Source of the DNA: Eledone cirrhosa
Taxonomy: Eukaryota
Length of the DNA: 64,000 nt
Direction: 5' to 3'
Assembly: GCA_964016885.1 (NCBI GenBank)
Contig: OZ024742.1
Coordinates: 156,364,001 to 156,428,000, forward strand
Below the pieces are notes generated by a model, which did no database searches, had not been told where the DNA came from, and worked only from the letters and a program-made list of their open reading frames with translations. Position numbers and translations under genes: made by a program. Shown here piece after piece: positions 43,742-56,909 of this stretch. Position 1 is the first letter of the stretch, and every line of letters begins with the position of its first letter.

Positions 43742-43925
43742 AATTGTTTCTACTTTAGGCACAAGGGCAGCAATTACTCAGTGCATTACTGGTACTTTAT
43801 TTTATCGACCCCGTAAGGATGAAAGGCAAAGTCAACCTCGGCGGGATTTGAACTCAGATCGTAAAGGGACGTAACTATGCTAGAAAGCATGGCGTCCGAC
43901 CCTCTACCGACACTGCCAATCCACT
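43742..43925 (-). mobile_element. SINE
   Basis: Reverse-complement match. Confidence 0.9.
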
Positions 43926-44188
43926 AAATAATAATCATACGGTGCTGTTGGCTATGACTGTAGTTGGGGTTTAGTTAGCTTTTACAATTAATCCTGGTCG
44001 GTCCTCAATCTATTGGGGAATTCTTTTGTAAATATATTTCTATTTTTTCACAGACTTCGCTTCTGTTTATTCGATTAAATTAAATACTCATTGTGACTGT
44101 TCAGTTGTATTGCAATGTGTTTTAAGTCAATACATAATCATTAGTAGTAGTAGACGCAGCAGCATATGTAGTCGTCGACGTTACTCAT

Positions 44189-44247
<59 letters not shown>

Positions 44248-44285
44248 TGCAGTAGTAGTAGCAGGAGCAGCAGTAGTAGTAGAAT

Positions 44286-44352
<67 letters not shown>
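44189..44352. repeat. (AGT)n microsatellite
   Basis: Directly visible; explains the poly-Ser and poly-Leu ORFs. Confidence 0.97.
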
Positions 44353-44353
<1 letters not shown>

Positions 44354-45953
44354 TTGGTGGTAGCAACAGTAGTTATATCATATAGTGAAAAAAAATGGCT
44401 GTTCTATCTTCTTTCTAAGTTACTGTTTTGCTTGATCTCTTTTTACATTATTATATATGCAAAGAAAAATCCAAAGAAACTGGGGCCAAATGTGATGGAG
44501 GATGGAGAATGTTGCCGTAAGGTGAATTGTTTAAATTAATTGAGAAACTGTATTTATATAATGCAGTGGAGTGCACAGATGGGAATAGAAAGCAGAACGT
44601 ATGATACAAAAAGAACCAGAAATATGCAACTAATATTCTCCTATTTTAAGTCCGGCAACAGATATATACGGATTACATATTTTTTCTTAAAATTCATATA
44701 ATTATAAACTATTTCTCGGAATGATTATTCTTCTAGATATTTTGTTGCCTCTTTTAAACTAGCTAAACTATACTTCAGGTATGTATGTAGTTAGAAAAGA
44801 TGATCCCCATATATAACTATATTCACACACGGAAAAACCTCCCTTTATCAATTTCACTTCCCTCTATACATGATATCTGTATAGAGGGAAACTCTGCTAG
44901 GAGTATAGCAATCGCTTGTCAGATTATAGAGTTTGGGGCACTTTTAGGCTACGGCCAGCCACACGAACCTGAAACAACATCATGAACAAGCAATGCCTGT
45001 GCTTTGAAGCTTTTTTTAAAGTGGGGAAAGGGCTTGCACTCGACCAATCCCACTCTCTTAGCATCGAAAATACTACCCGAAAAGGAGAACTGGTCAACAT
45101 TATCTGATGCTTCCGAAGCCGCAGTTTTTTTTCAGCTTCCATCTCCTAGAAACGTGTTGTAATAACAACTTCTTTCACTCCCAGGTAAATAGATACATAA
45201 AAAAAGAAAAATAATATTTGAATCGCCGTTGACTCTGCTGAGTCCCTCCGCCCTTTGCCGGGTCTTGTATTTCATCCCGCAGGGTTTCCAAACATCACCC
45301 TCTTCACCAAGGAAACTTAGTAGGGTTATGAGAAAGATATTATATAATGTATTCCTCTCTTTAAATTCTCTATTAAGGATTATTTCACGTTCCTGTCTGT
45401 GTGAGTTCTATTAAGAATTATTTCACGAAGCCTAATCGCAAACATGTTAAATAGTTGTAACGCTATGAATTCAAAAACAAGGAAAACAAATATTCATAAG
45501 GGGAGTTTCTATATAATATGCTCAATATTTTAACTCTTCGCAACAGCTCCTGATACCTTCATATCTGTATAACAAAATATCATTTTGACACTCTTGCTTT
45601 TTAATATGATGTCACTGACACTGTCAATAGTAATGTATATTTATGAATGTTCCGAAGACTAAGAGTATAATTACTTGTTTCAACATTGTGTATGCTCCGT
45701 TCATCCAGACAGTTGTCTGGAAGAAACGATCGTCAGTAATTAAATGTATTAAGCTAAAATTTGATTGTTGTATATGTTGTATCCATGCTCTGTGAAACAT
45801 CGGATAATTTATATTGGTATTTTTCTCTTACTGTTAATTGGGTAGTGATTAATATTACCCTTTCATATTTATAATTATATATAACACATATATAAGTATA
45901 AATATTATTTGTTGAAATGAATATTAAGCCACTACCTGCTCCTACATTTAAAT

Positions 45954-46137
45954 AATCGTTTCTACTTTTGGCACAATGCCAGTTATAATCCAGTACATTA
46001 CTGGTACTTTATTTTATCGACCCCGTAAGGATGAAAGGCAAAGTTAACCACGGCGGGATTTGAACTCAAACCATAAAGGGTCGTAACTCTTTGCTGCACA
46101 GCTTGGCGTCCGACCCTCTACCTATACTGCCAATGCC
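45954..46137 (-). mobile_element. SINE with 16-bp target-site duplication
   Basis: CCTACATTTAAATAAT at 45941-45956 and 46138-46153. Confidence 0.92.
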
Positions 46138-46660
46138 CCTACATTTAAATAATACACATAGGGATACAAGTATAGTCCGACCGTATGTCATTGTGGTTCA
46201 ATGGCAAGTTAATAAATTAACAAGCCAGAACGTATAAAATCAGGGGAAAGCAAATAAAGAAAAAAAATGAAAATAAATTTCCAAAAATTCCCTGTACTTA
46301 CTATATGTGCCTTTACCGCGATTTCAGATCCCAAACAAATAGATAATCCAAGCGGAGTTCCACTGAATAAGAGATCCTCGTCAGAAGGCTTTTCGCCCTC
46401 GGAGAATATAAAACTCCCGAGTTCAAATTACAAACTGGCGCCATACAAAACTGCCCCAGAATGAGAGCAAATGAATGATGAAACAATTTTGTCTAGTACC
46501 GTGTGCAAAGACTGAAAGCAAGATGGACAGTTCAATCTCTTGCTACTAAAAATAGCAGCCGTTCAAATGACCAAAGATTTCTCTAAAGGGGCATATATAG
46601 TAAGTAGAGTGAATTTGTTGATATTAATTAACATTTTTTTTCTTTATTTGTTTTCCCTTG

Positions 46661-46772
<112 letters not shown>

Positions 46773-47352
46773 AAAGATGAATACAAAATGAAAGTGCTTT
46801 CATAAAGGTAACAGACTGAATACCTATGTATCGCTGCTTGCGTAATCCTATAATATTAGCACGTAATCGATAGCAAAATTATAATCAGTTGTCACTTCTT
46901 CAGAGATATTGGATAAATTGGAAAAAATCAGAAAAATCAAAGTATTTATATTAGTTGTAAGAAAGGAAGAGGAGAGGGGAAAGTATATGACAGATGGCAA
47001 TTCAATTTGCTGGTAAACAAGTGTATAGATGGTTTTTAATGAGAACACAATGTGTATATGGCTTATTTTATGTAAATAAGAATTTTAGGGAGTGCCGATT
47101 TTATTTTATATTTGACCAATGGACAGAGCCGGTGGCTTGGTGTGGTAGTATTAATACAGATGTAAGGTGTCAAGTAAGGAAGTGAGATGTTCACTGCTAC
47201 TGTATAACAACAATGCTGGTAGCCTGTTGGTATATGCTTTAGGGAATTGAATTGAGAAATCTTATTTTATCTATAGCAGTTTATATTAAAGAATAGAAGT
47301 GTTGATAGAATTAAAACTAATAGAGATAATGTGTATTATTAAAACCAATAGA

Positions 47353-47540
47353 GGGCGGTGAATTGGCAGATCGGTAGAGGGTTGGACGCCATGCTTTCTA
47401 GCATAGTTACGTCCCTTTACAGTCTGAGTTCAAATCCCGCCGAGGTTAACTTTGTCTTTCATCCTTACGGGGTCGATAAAATAAAGTACCAGTAATGTAC
47501 TGGGTAATTGCTGGTATTGTGCCTAAAGTAGAAACAATTA
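47353..47540 (+). mobile_element. SINE
   Basis: Match to consensus; imperfect TSD ATTATTAAAAC(C/T)AATA. Confidence 0.9.
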
Positions 47541-47585
47541 TTAAAACTAATAAAGATAATGTGTATTAACATTATTGATAACTTA

Positions 47586-47647
<62 letters not shown>

Positions 47648-47650
<3 letters not shown>

Positions 47651-47700
47651 AGTATGTATGTATACATACATACATATATGTATACAGACGTACAGTAGCA

Positions 47701-47742
<42 letters not shown>

Positions 47743-48145
47743 TATACATACAGGTACACATATATATATGTACGTATCAGTTTAGCGAACGTTTATTATA
47801 ACGCCCGCTTTGTCCGTTTGTAAACAAGCGAACAGCCTGATTTATGCCATACGATGTTAAGGCAACCACGTCACCTTTTTGTTCAACACTGACACAGGAA
47901 CGATGTACTAGTTTCAAGCTTGTGAGCTATCATCAGCACCGTATACCCTTCTGCCAGATAGTTGAACGTTCGAAAGTATACACTTTCCTTATGAAAATTA
48001 ACGGCTGAGCAGCCTAATTTGCATATCGAGTGAGTTCAGTCGGCCAGGCGTACCGACAACGATAAGTTGTAATATAATGAAACGAAATTTCATTTCTCAC
48101 TCTTAGTACGGCACTTACTTAAATGTAAGTATGTATGTATACGTA
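47648..48145 (-). mobile_element. Diverged family B unit with intact hammerhead at 47900-47942
   Basis: Minus strand reads ACGGTG-CTGATGA-TAGC-TCACAA-GCTT-GAAA-CTAG-TA-CATCGT. Confidence 0.9.
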
Positions 48146-48310
48146 CAATTTGGCCCAAACGTGCGTCATTTTCAAACTCGTGTCTACGGCGCCCTCTATA
48201 ACAGAAAAAAAACTGACTAAAAAATCATATTTAAGGCACACATTGGGAGAGCCAGAAAGAGAGAGATATTCCGTTATACAGAGAAAGATACAATGTAAGT
48301 GTTAGATATT

Positions 48311-48377
<67 letters not shown>

Positions 48378-48574
48378 GGAGAGAGAGCGAGAGAGAAAGA
48401 GAGAGAGAGAGGGAGATAGAGAAAGAGAGAGAGATAGAGATAGATAGAGAGAGAGAGAGAGAAAGATGTTCCACACTTGCTTTATCTATTTATCAGTGTA
48501 TATCAGTTGAGGGTTTAACAATAAGTCGTTTTAGAGTCTTTGATTGATTTTATAGAATAAAGAAACATTGATAC

Positions 48575-49750
48575 TATTTGAAATTATTGTTGCAAATATG
48601 TGAATTGTGTAATCCTTCGTATTTGTGGTTCAAGCACAAGATGATCATTCTGGGGATTTTAAACGTCTGGCACAATTGCAGTACCCTGGTATGAAAGGTA
48701 CCAGCGATGAGGTCTACAACAGAGCACTGATTGACATAGAAGACAGGATTGTTTAACTCGGTGGAAATGATTTGCCCACATATGGCCTGCTCCAAACATT
48801 CCAAAGAGGGTCAAACGTACTTCCCACAGCCATTCTACGAAAAACATCCAACGACATTAATGCTCTTTCCCAATATGTTATCGACACTGAACCACAACTG
48901 TTTCCGGGCTAACAACGGGTTTACAGCACTCTGCCAACCACGTGTGCCACCGAAAAGTAGGTGCCTTCTTCCTGGATGCACCAGGAGGGGCAAGAAAAAC
49001 TTTTGTAACGAAGCTCCTCCTTGCAAATATTAAGCATATAGGGATATCCGGGTTTATGTTGCCTCCTCTGGGATTGCTGCTACTTTGTTGCTCGGTGGCA
49101 GGACAGCGCACTCGACTTTTAATCTCCCCTGAATTTGTCAACATCTGAAACGCCTATCAGCAACATGAGTAAAATCTCAGACCAGTGTCAGATCCTCTAA
49201 CGGTTTCATCTCATTGTGTGGGATGAGTACACCATGGCACACAAAGAGGTCTGGAAGCAGTAGATAGAACCCTTAAAGATATCAGTGATTGTCATGCTCC
49301 AATGGGACGTTTAACGCTTCTGTTGTTTGGTGATTTCAGACAGACTCTTCCACACTCCCAAAGGTACTAGAGCAGATGGAGTCATGGCGTTCCTTAAATT
49401 AACTTCATTGTGGCGATACGTTACGACCCTAACTATTACCACTAAGATGACCGCTCAACTACACGGTGATCATATGTCCGCCAGGTTTGCACAGGACATT
49501 TTAACACTTGACGATAGCAAGGTGCCTCTCGACGCTACCGGTCGTTTGGCCATTTTGTAACATTGTTAAATCTGTGGAGGAGCTGAAAGACCAAGTATTT
49601 CCGAACTTGAAAGAAAAAATATAAATAGCACAATTGGCTGTGGGAAAGAGAAATAATGGCTCCAAAAACATCGCTGTTAATAAACTGAACGAACAGTTAA
49701 TGGTGACTTTTCCAAGAAATCTACACTCTTATAAGTCTGTCGACACAATC
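48575..49750 (+). mobile_element. Helitron RepHel fragment (linker + PIF1-like helicase), degenerate
   Basis: YNRALIDIED..GG..LP.YGL, FFLDAPGGARKTF (Walker A region), [42 protein letters not shown]. Confidence 0.9.
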
Positions 49751-49758
49751 TTTTGCAC

Positions 49759-49807
<49 letters not shown>

Positions 49808-49850
49808 AAAGAACACAAGAGCGTCTACAACATCAATAATTTTTTTTTAT

Positions 49851-49898
49851 TGGCTTACAATGTTTCTTCCTTACATAACCGTAGATTCTTCAGAGCTA
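49851..49898 (-). ncRNA. Hammerhead motif in an orphan pLTR-like segment (~49805-50100)
   Basis: TAGCT-CTGAAGA-[ATCTAC GGTTAT GTAAGGAA]-GAAA-CATTG-TA-AGCCA. Confidence 0.65.
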
Positions 49899-50607
49899 TA
49901 AAAGGGGTTTGATTGGTGTTATGGACTCTACCAACCAAATATTCAAGAACAAAGAGTAAAGAGAGTAAAGAGCAAAAGCAGGGGACAATAAGTCTAATTT
50001 TTTTTTTTGGGGGGGGGGTCCTTGTTTACAAGCTGTGGTCATATTCGTTCCCGGGAGTCGAGCGGTTAGTGGAGCCATAGATGGGGTGGCATCGAAAGTA
50101 GGGTGCAGAGCACAAAGCACAGACACGATAGGTATTCCTTTGACCAGACCATGAGAAGTAGTAAAACCAGGAGATCATTCTCAAGATCTCAACAGAGACT
50201 ACCAACAAGGAATGTGGAAACAAAACGTAGAATAACCAGATCACTCTCAAGATCTCAACAGAGATTGCCCACAAGAAACTGGACGAAAAAACGATCTAAA
50301 CCTGAAAGCAAACCTAGGTCATTTTCCCAGATTGTTAAAAATAATGCTAACAGGAAGAAAAATAATATACAGAATACCAAAAATAGGACAAAATACATAA
50401 CGAAACCAAATATAATATCACGACCAAAAGTTCATCAACGAACACCAACAGGAATATAAATCCTGAACAGAGAAAATTTCATTTTTTAACGTCAGGACAA
50501 CAAAAACCGGAAACAGAAAAACTCCAGGAGGAAACATACCCAAAACAGCTGTACACGTAGATCCTAAAATAATTAATTTATCTAAAAGAGATCTTGACAA
50601 TGATGAA

Positions 50608-52797
50608 ATGCAAATTCTGTCAAAAGGACTGAAATTCACACCGACTCCAACAATCAACCACCAAGAACTGAAGGAGGATACCCAAGAATTCTGTCGAAAA
50701 TTACGTCTTGTAGAATTCTTCGCTGATAAAAATAATGAGAGTGATGAATCACTAGTAAAGAATCAATCAAATTTCACTCCGCCAAAAGGAAGAAATATCT
50801 ATCTCGACCAATACATTGACATCCTGTCTAAATTTCCTCTTAGACATAATACTAATGTTAGGCCAAACATTAACAAATCAGAAATATTTGCACTTAAACG
50901 TATACAAAATGATAAAACAATAATAATTAAACAAGCAGATAAAGGGGGTGCAGTTGTTATAATGGATACTGAATACTACAAGGATTTGGTTGAGGAACAA
51001 CTGAAAGACACAACATTCTATCATGAAATACCGTCAAATATAGACCACAACATCATGAAGAAGATCAACAACCTGGCTTCAAAATACCACAACTCATTTA
51101 CTGATAAGGAAAGAGACTACATCACCAATTCTGAGCCGAAACCCAGCAACCTGTATGGCCTACCGAAAGTTCACAAGTCAAAAGAAATACAACTGGCAGT
51201 AAGAGAACAAAACAGTGAGTACATTAAATTATTACACCCAAAAGACTTAAAACTTAGACCTATTATAGCTGGTCCAACACGCCCCACTCACCGTCTAAGC
51301 AATTTTGTTGACATTATTTTGAAACCACTATGTATTCACATACCCAGTTTCATCCGGGATGATATCGACTTCCTGTCCCATCTTCCCAAAACCACGGAAA
51401 CGAATTCACTTCTACTCAGTTTTGATGTGGTAAGCCTTTACACCAACATTACACATGATTTAGGAATAAAGGCGGTTAAATACTGGATGGAAAAACACAG
51501 AGAAGTGATTCCCATTAGATTCACAGCGCCATTTATATTAGACGCAGTTAAACTTATTCTGGAAAACAACACTTTCTTCTTCAATGGAAAGAATTACATC
51601 CAAATTAGAGGCACAGCGATGGGAACGAAGTTTGCTCCCGTTTACGCGAACTCTGTAATGGGATACTTAGAACAACAACTCTACCAAGAAATAGAGGAAA
51701 ACTATAGTACTGACTTTAGAAAGTACATTGAAAAATCTTGGAAGAGATACCTTGACGAATGTTTCATCATCTGGACAGAATCTCTAGATACTCTGGATGA
51801 GTTCAATATCCTCCTGAATAACCTACACCCATCTCTCCAATTCACAAAAGAGATGAGTAGGACCAAATTACCATTCCTAGATATAATGATAATCAAAAAC
51901 GACATCACCATTACCACGGATATATATTATAAACACACAGACACCCATCAATATCTGAATTTTAAGTCGTGCCATCCACCTCATACAAAACGCAACATCC
52001 CATACTGCCTAGCCAGAATAATTTGTACCATTGTAGAAGATACGAATACCAGGTACAAACGCCTAACAGAACTAAGAGAATTTTTGCTCAAACAAAAATA
52101 CCCATCTCTACTTATAGAAAATGGCATACAGCGGGCTATAAAAATACCTATACAACAACTTAGAACAACCCACGGAAGAAGAAACCAAGAACTGGTCATA
52201 CCATTTATAATGACACACAACCCATGTCACCATAATATATTCAACACTGCCAAAGCAAACCTACCGATCATTGCTCAAAGTAATGAATTAAAAGGAGGCT
52301 TAATCACAGATCGATCTTTGACTCTTAGTAAAAGACAGCCAAAAAAGTTGAAGCAATTGCTAACAAAAGCAAAGTTTGACCTTAACAACAAAGACCAATC
52401 ATTCACTGTATCTAAATGCAATGATAATCGATGCGGCACATGTCAATCCATAAACGCCGGTCAATATATGAAAACAAAAACTGGAAAAATATTCCCAAAT
52501 GCAAATATGAACTGCAAAAGCAGAAATCTAATTTACTGCATTAAATGCCCGAATTGTGAAGAACTATATGTCGGTCAAACTGGAAATGCACTATCGGAAC
52601 GTGCACGGGTACACTGTCAACAAATAAGAGACCCAAATGTCCGTCAGATACCCCTAAGCGGCCACCTGGCAACATGTGGTCAGGGAATATTAAAAATATT
52701 CCCATTCTACAAATTACACAGCCCAAGTGAAATCAAGAGACAAATCAAAGAAAAGAATTTTATTGATGAATTCAAACCCAAGCTAAATGAACAATAA
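50608..52797 (+). CDS. PLE reverse transcriptase + GIY-YIG endonuclease (729 aa, uninterrupted; YLDE instead of YLDD)
   Basis: LSKGLKFTP, IKQADKGG, LYGLPKVHK, RPIIAG, FDVVSLYTNI, GTAMGT..AP.YAN, RYLDE, LPFLD, CNDNRCGTC, LIYCIKC...LYVGQT. Confidence 0.95.
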   Translation: MQILSKGLKFTPTPTINHQELKEDTQEFCRKLRLVEFFADKNNESDESLVKNQSNFTPPKGRNIYLDQYIDILSKFPLRHNTNVRPNINKSEIFALKRIQNDKTIIIKQADKGGAVVIMDTEYYKDLVEEQLKDTTFYHEIPSNIDHNIMKKINNLASKYHNSFTDKERDYITNSEPKPSNLYGLPKVHKSKEIQLAVREQNSEYIKLLHPKDLKLRPIIAGPTRPTHRLSNFVDIILKPLCIHIPSFIRDDIDFLSHLPKTTETNSLLLSFDVVSLYTNITHDLGIKAVKYWMEKHREVIPIRFTAPFILDAVKLILENNTFFFNGKNYIQIRGTAMGTKFAPVYANSVMGYLEQQLYQEIEENYSTDFRKYIEKSWKRYLDECFIIWTESLDTLDEFNILLNNLHPSLQFTKEMSRTKLPFLDIMIIKNDITITTDIYYKHTDTHQYLNFKSCHPPHTKRNIPYCLARIICTIVEDTNTRYKRLTELREFLLKQKYPSLLIENGIQRAIKIPIQQLRTTHGRRNQELVIPFIMTHNPCHHNIFNTAKANLPIIAQSNELKGGLITDRSLTLSKRQPKKLKQLLTKAKFDLNNKDQSFTVSKCNDNRCGTCQSINAGQYMKTKTGKIFPNANMNCKSRNLIYCIKCPNCEELYVGQTGNALSERARVHCQQIRDPNVRQIPLSGHLATCGQGILKIFPFYKLHSPSEIKRQIKEKNFIDEFKPKLNEQ

Positions 52798-53171
52798 TAA
52801 CGCCTAGGGGTATTACTTCTACTACCACTATGACTACGACCACTAACAACAACAAAAACAACAATAATAATAATAATAAAAGTGATGTTGATGGTGATGA
52901 TTAATAGAAAATGCTATTTTCATCATTTCAAAAAGCAAAACAATTGATACGTTGGGTATGACTATTGGTCGTTAGCATGCTCAACCAGCCGTGACGCTTA
53001 AACCAATCAGCTGTAGTAATTCAGTGAAACTACACACTGATTGGTCGAAATACAGTTTACAGGGCTTTGCATTCTGGAGCCACTTTTCTCTGTATAAAAT
53101 GTATAAAAGGTAGGAAATTTACCCATCTCATTACAGTTGAAAATTGCAAACTCGACTGTCACCACATATCA

Positions 53172-53210
53172 TGAACCTGAAGATTGCGAAAGCATGAACG
53201 TACTTGTTCA
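53172..53210 (+). ncRNA. Minimal hammerhead motif in 3' pLTR, one core substitution
   Basis: TGAAC-CTGAAGA-T-TGC-GAAA-GCA-T-GAAC-GTAC-TT-GTTCA. GAAC in place of GAAA; helix I is perfect. Confidence 0.72.
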
Positions 53211-53324
53211 ATTAACACTTAGAATTTAATATTCTATCATACTATTTCATTATAATACCATTATATATATTTTAAAGGATTGTAAATAAAACGAGTAAAT
53301 CAGACAAAGTTTGAATTCCTCTTA

Positions 53325-53396
<72 letters not shown>

Positions 53397-53473
53397 CTCT
53401 CATATAAAAATATATATATATATAACTATATATATATATATATATATATATACTCTTATATAAAAATATATGC

Positions 53474-53532
<59 letters not shown>

Positions 53533-53574
53533 TCTTTTATAAAAACATATGCATATATATATATATATGTATGC

Positions 53575-55740
53575 CTGTATGCGGAGCAAATATAGCTAGC
53601 AACTACAGGATCTCCTACTTCCTCTCAATGGTTATATGCCCCATATTTAAGATGTACCCAGATGCATGTGGCAGTACAGAGGACTTCCTCAGCAAAATCA
53701 CTGAGTGCAATAAAAACAAAAACCTATCCAACTGCATAATAGGCAGTATGGATGTGGTATCACTGTACCCATCCATTAACATTGATTTTGCTGTGGAAAA
53801 ATGTGTGGAGATGATCATTGAGAGTGAGGTGGAGTTCTGCGCCGTCGACACAGACGAGTTGGCCTCCTACTTAGACTTACCTATGACACTGACTACCTAG
53901 ACAGCCATGACCTTAGACGTTTCTGCCCCAGTAGACCCATAAGAGGTAGACCCCCCACCATAACCTCAATGGCAAATGAGACTCCCATGGGAAGGTGGAT
54001 TGGGTGGACCAAAGTTATACTGAACCCCCAAAACAAGGATCTGGTAAGAGAAATGGTCACACATGCAATAGGGGCTAGTATCAAAACTACCCTAAAGGGC
54101 CACATATTCAAATTCAACTAGAAGATCTACACCTAAAGTGAGCGAGCAGCCAATGGCGTCAGCATAGCTGGTGACGTTGCCAATCTTTTTATGGTATGGT
54201 CGGAAAGGAGACTCAAAGATCTCCTTGATGAGAGCTCCATAGACCTCATCATGTACTCTCCTTACGTAGACGACATCAATATAGTAATAAGGACATCCCC
54301 ACAAGAGAGTACTAACAAGTTTGATTTAGAACGTAGCACAATGGAAAGCATCCAGCAGATAGCTAATTCCATCCACCAGAGTATAACTGTAACTATCGAC
54401 TACCCTTCCAAACACTCCAACAATAGACTACCTGTATTAGACACAGAACTCTGGATTAACACTATAGACGAGTGAGTCCAAATTCTCAACTCACACTATG
54501 CTAAATCCATGGCTTCCAAATACTTGATACTGAAAAACTCAGAAATGTCCAGTAGTGCTAAGTTTAATATTCTGATCGCAGACTGTGTATGAGTGATGAA
54601 TAACGTGTCACGCATGTGCGACCCAACAGAAATCGAAAGACACATCCAACACTTCATCAACTGCATGCAGTTCTCTGGCTACAACCAAAGAGACAGAATT
54701 AGAGTATACGAAGGAGCCACGGAGAAGTATAAGACCCTCATACAACTGGACATGAAAGGAATTTGCCCATTATACAGGAGCAAATCATGGAATAGCTTAG
54801 ATAGGACTAGACATAAGATAGGGTAATCCACCTCATGGTACGACAACCAGAGATACCAGTGTCTCATGTTGGTGGACGCTACCCCTGGAGGGAAATTAAT
54901 TAACCAGTGTAGAAAAGCCTGAGAAAGACCCACTTAAAGATTAAGGTGGTAGAAAAGCCAGGAACCACCATAAGATCCCTAATCAGCAAAACTTACCCTT
55001 TTAAGAAAACCCACTGTACTAATTGGAAATGTATTACAGGTAAAGTAAACCCCCGGATAAACTCTAAAACTAGAAACGTAGTCTATAGCATAAGATGTAT
55101 AGAGGTTACTTTCAGAAACATGACAACAACATACATAGGCGAGACAGCTCGTAGCATAATTGAAAGGATAGACCAACACTAGGGGGAACTAAAAGGACGA
55201 AAAAACGGTTCACTACTATACGAACATGCCAGACAACAACACGACGGTAACATAGACAACATAGCATATAGGAAAATCAGAGGGGCCAGCGAAATAGAAC
55301 TTAGAAGGCCAATGCTAAGCAGAAAAAAACAATGGAATAACAACAACACCCAAACAAACAATACTGATCTAAGAGAAGTATAAATAAATAAATAAATACA
55401 TACACAAGCACAATAACAACAAACACATATAAACACACACTAGTAAACTAAGATAGAATACAATAACCAATACACAATCTCCAAAACACGAACACACACC
55501 AAACAATACACACACACGCAAACGCATGCGCAGAGAAGATAAAAACAAAAATAAACAGATTAAATAAAGATGGCGTAGGCATACAAAACAACGGGAGGAA
55601 ACATAATAGTACCACTGACGATGATGCAGATGTGCAACGAAAGAACTTTGTTAGACTATATATATGTGTTTGTGTCTATATTGTATCTGTATATTTGACG
55701 GTTGGTCAGTCAATGGTAACATTGAGGATCGAATAAATTA
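53575..55740 (+). mobile_element. PLE of a third lineage, degenerate, with decayed hammerhead at 55606-55659
   Basis: [38 protein letters not shown]...YIGETARS. ACCA-CTGACGA-T-GATGCA-GATG-TGCAAC-GAAA-GAAC-TT-TGTT. Confidence 0.88.
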
Positions 55741-55864
55741 AATTAACCGATATAAAAGACACAGAAGAGAAAAGCAACGAAGTGAGTGTGTTCTCTTATT
55801 AATTCTGGCAATATTATTACACAAATATGACCAGCTCCAAGTATAACAATATATATATATATAT

Positions 55865-56377
55865 AAAGTCTGAAATTTGTCTTCAGCCAGAAGGCTCATT
55901 TGGCCGGGGCTCATTCCGGTTTCATGGCATGAAGCGACTCATAGTACAAGACTCTCCCCTGGATAGGACGCCAGCCAATCACAGAGTTTAAACCCCCAGC
56001 TATTCTAATATATATAATATATATATAGTAATAATAATAAATTTGAATATATATATATATATTCAAATATATTATTATTATGGTGGATTGGCAGTATCGG
56101 TAGAGGGTTTGACGCCATGCTTTCCAGCATAGTTACGTCCCTTTACGATCTGAGTTCAAATCCCGCCGAGGTTTACTTTGCCTTTCATCCTTACGGGGTC
56201 GATAAAATAAAGTACCAGTAATGCACTGGATAATTGCTGGCCTTGTGCCTAAAGTAGAAACAGTTATTATTACTATATGTATATATATATATATATTAGA
56301 ATAGCTGGGGGTTTAAACTCTGCGATGGGCTGGCGTCCTATCTGGGGGAGAGTCTTGTACTATGAGTCGCTTCATAT
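55865..56377. repeat. Inverted pair of a second SINE/LINE-tail fragment (55865-56010 minus, 56290-56377 plus) enclosing a Meta-like SINE
   Basis: GCTGGGGGTTTAAACTCTG(C/T)GAT.GGCTGGCGTCCTATC..GGG..GAGTCTTGTACTATGAGTCGCTTCAT on both strands. Confidence 0.85.
56081..56270 (+). mobile_element. SINE
   Basis: Match to consensus. Confidence 0.9.
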
Positions 56378-56416
56378 ATATACATATATAATATATATAT
56401 ATATATGAGTCGCTTC

Positions 56417-56450
<34 letters not shown>

Positions 56451-56730
56451 GAAATAGTTTTTTTAAGACTATTCAGAGCATTTGTAGATTTTCGAAATTG
56501 TAGGATGAGTATTTAGACTTTATTTTATTCTGAATTATGGCTCTATTGATTTTTCCCTGGATTTCACAAAATTCTGTTGATAAGTCAATGTCTTGATTTT
56601 GTTTCATTGAGTTTGAATTATTTTCCCACATCTTACGTTAATTATTTTTCCATTTTGACGTTATAGTCACATATATTATGAAATACTGTTGGCTTCACGC
56701 TCACAATAATTTCTAAACTTTCATGTATAT
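56451..56730 (+). repeat. Partial family D unit starting at the GAAA of the hammerhead
   Basis: GAAATAGTTTTTTAAGACTATTCAGAGC... is collinear with 31224-31495. Confidence 0.85.
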
Positions 56731-56909
56731 ATATATACATTAGAAAAGGGTAGTAAGGTTCTGTACAAACCAGTGGATATAATGAAAAAGTGAAGTTGGA
56801 AATAGCACGGAAAATATAATTAAGGGTGTGTTTATTCTTTTTTTATCCTTTCTTTGGACCTTCAAATTGACGTTATTGAAAAGATAACATCAGTGAAAAA
56901 ATGAGAGGG

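Larger units (their letters stand above)
50103..53260 (+). mobile_element. Neptune-like PLE, near full length, with 3' pLTR
   Basis: Basic upstream ORF at 50103-50459, main ORF at 50608-52797, 3' region with hammerhead motif. Confidence 0.93.

Noticed and set aside
44924-45414. Coding-like composition
   Set aside because: Short ORFs without motifs; cannot be assigned without a database search.
46328-46464. Possible terminal host exon after TTTCAG
   Set aside because: Short, no recognisable domain and no partner exons; it needs RNA-seq.
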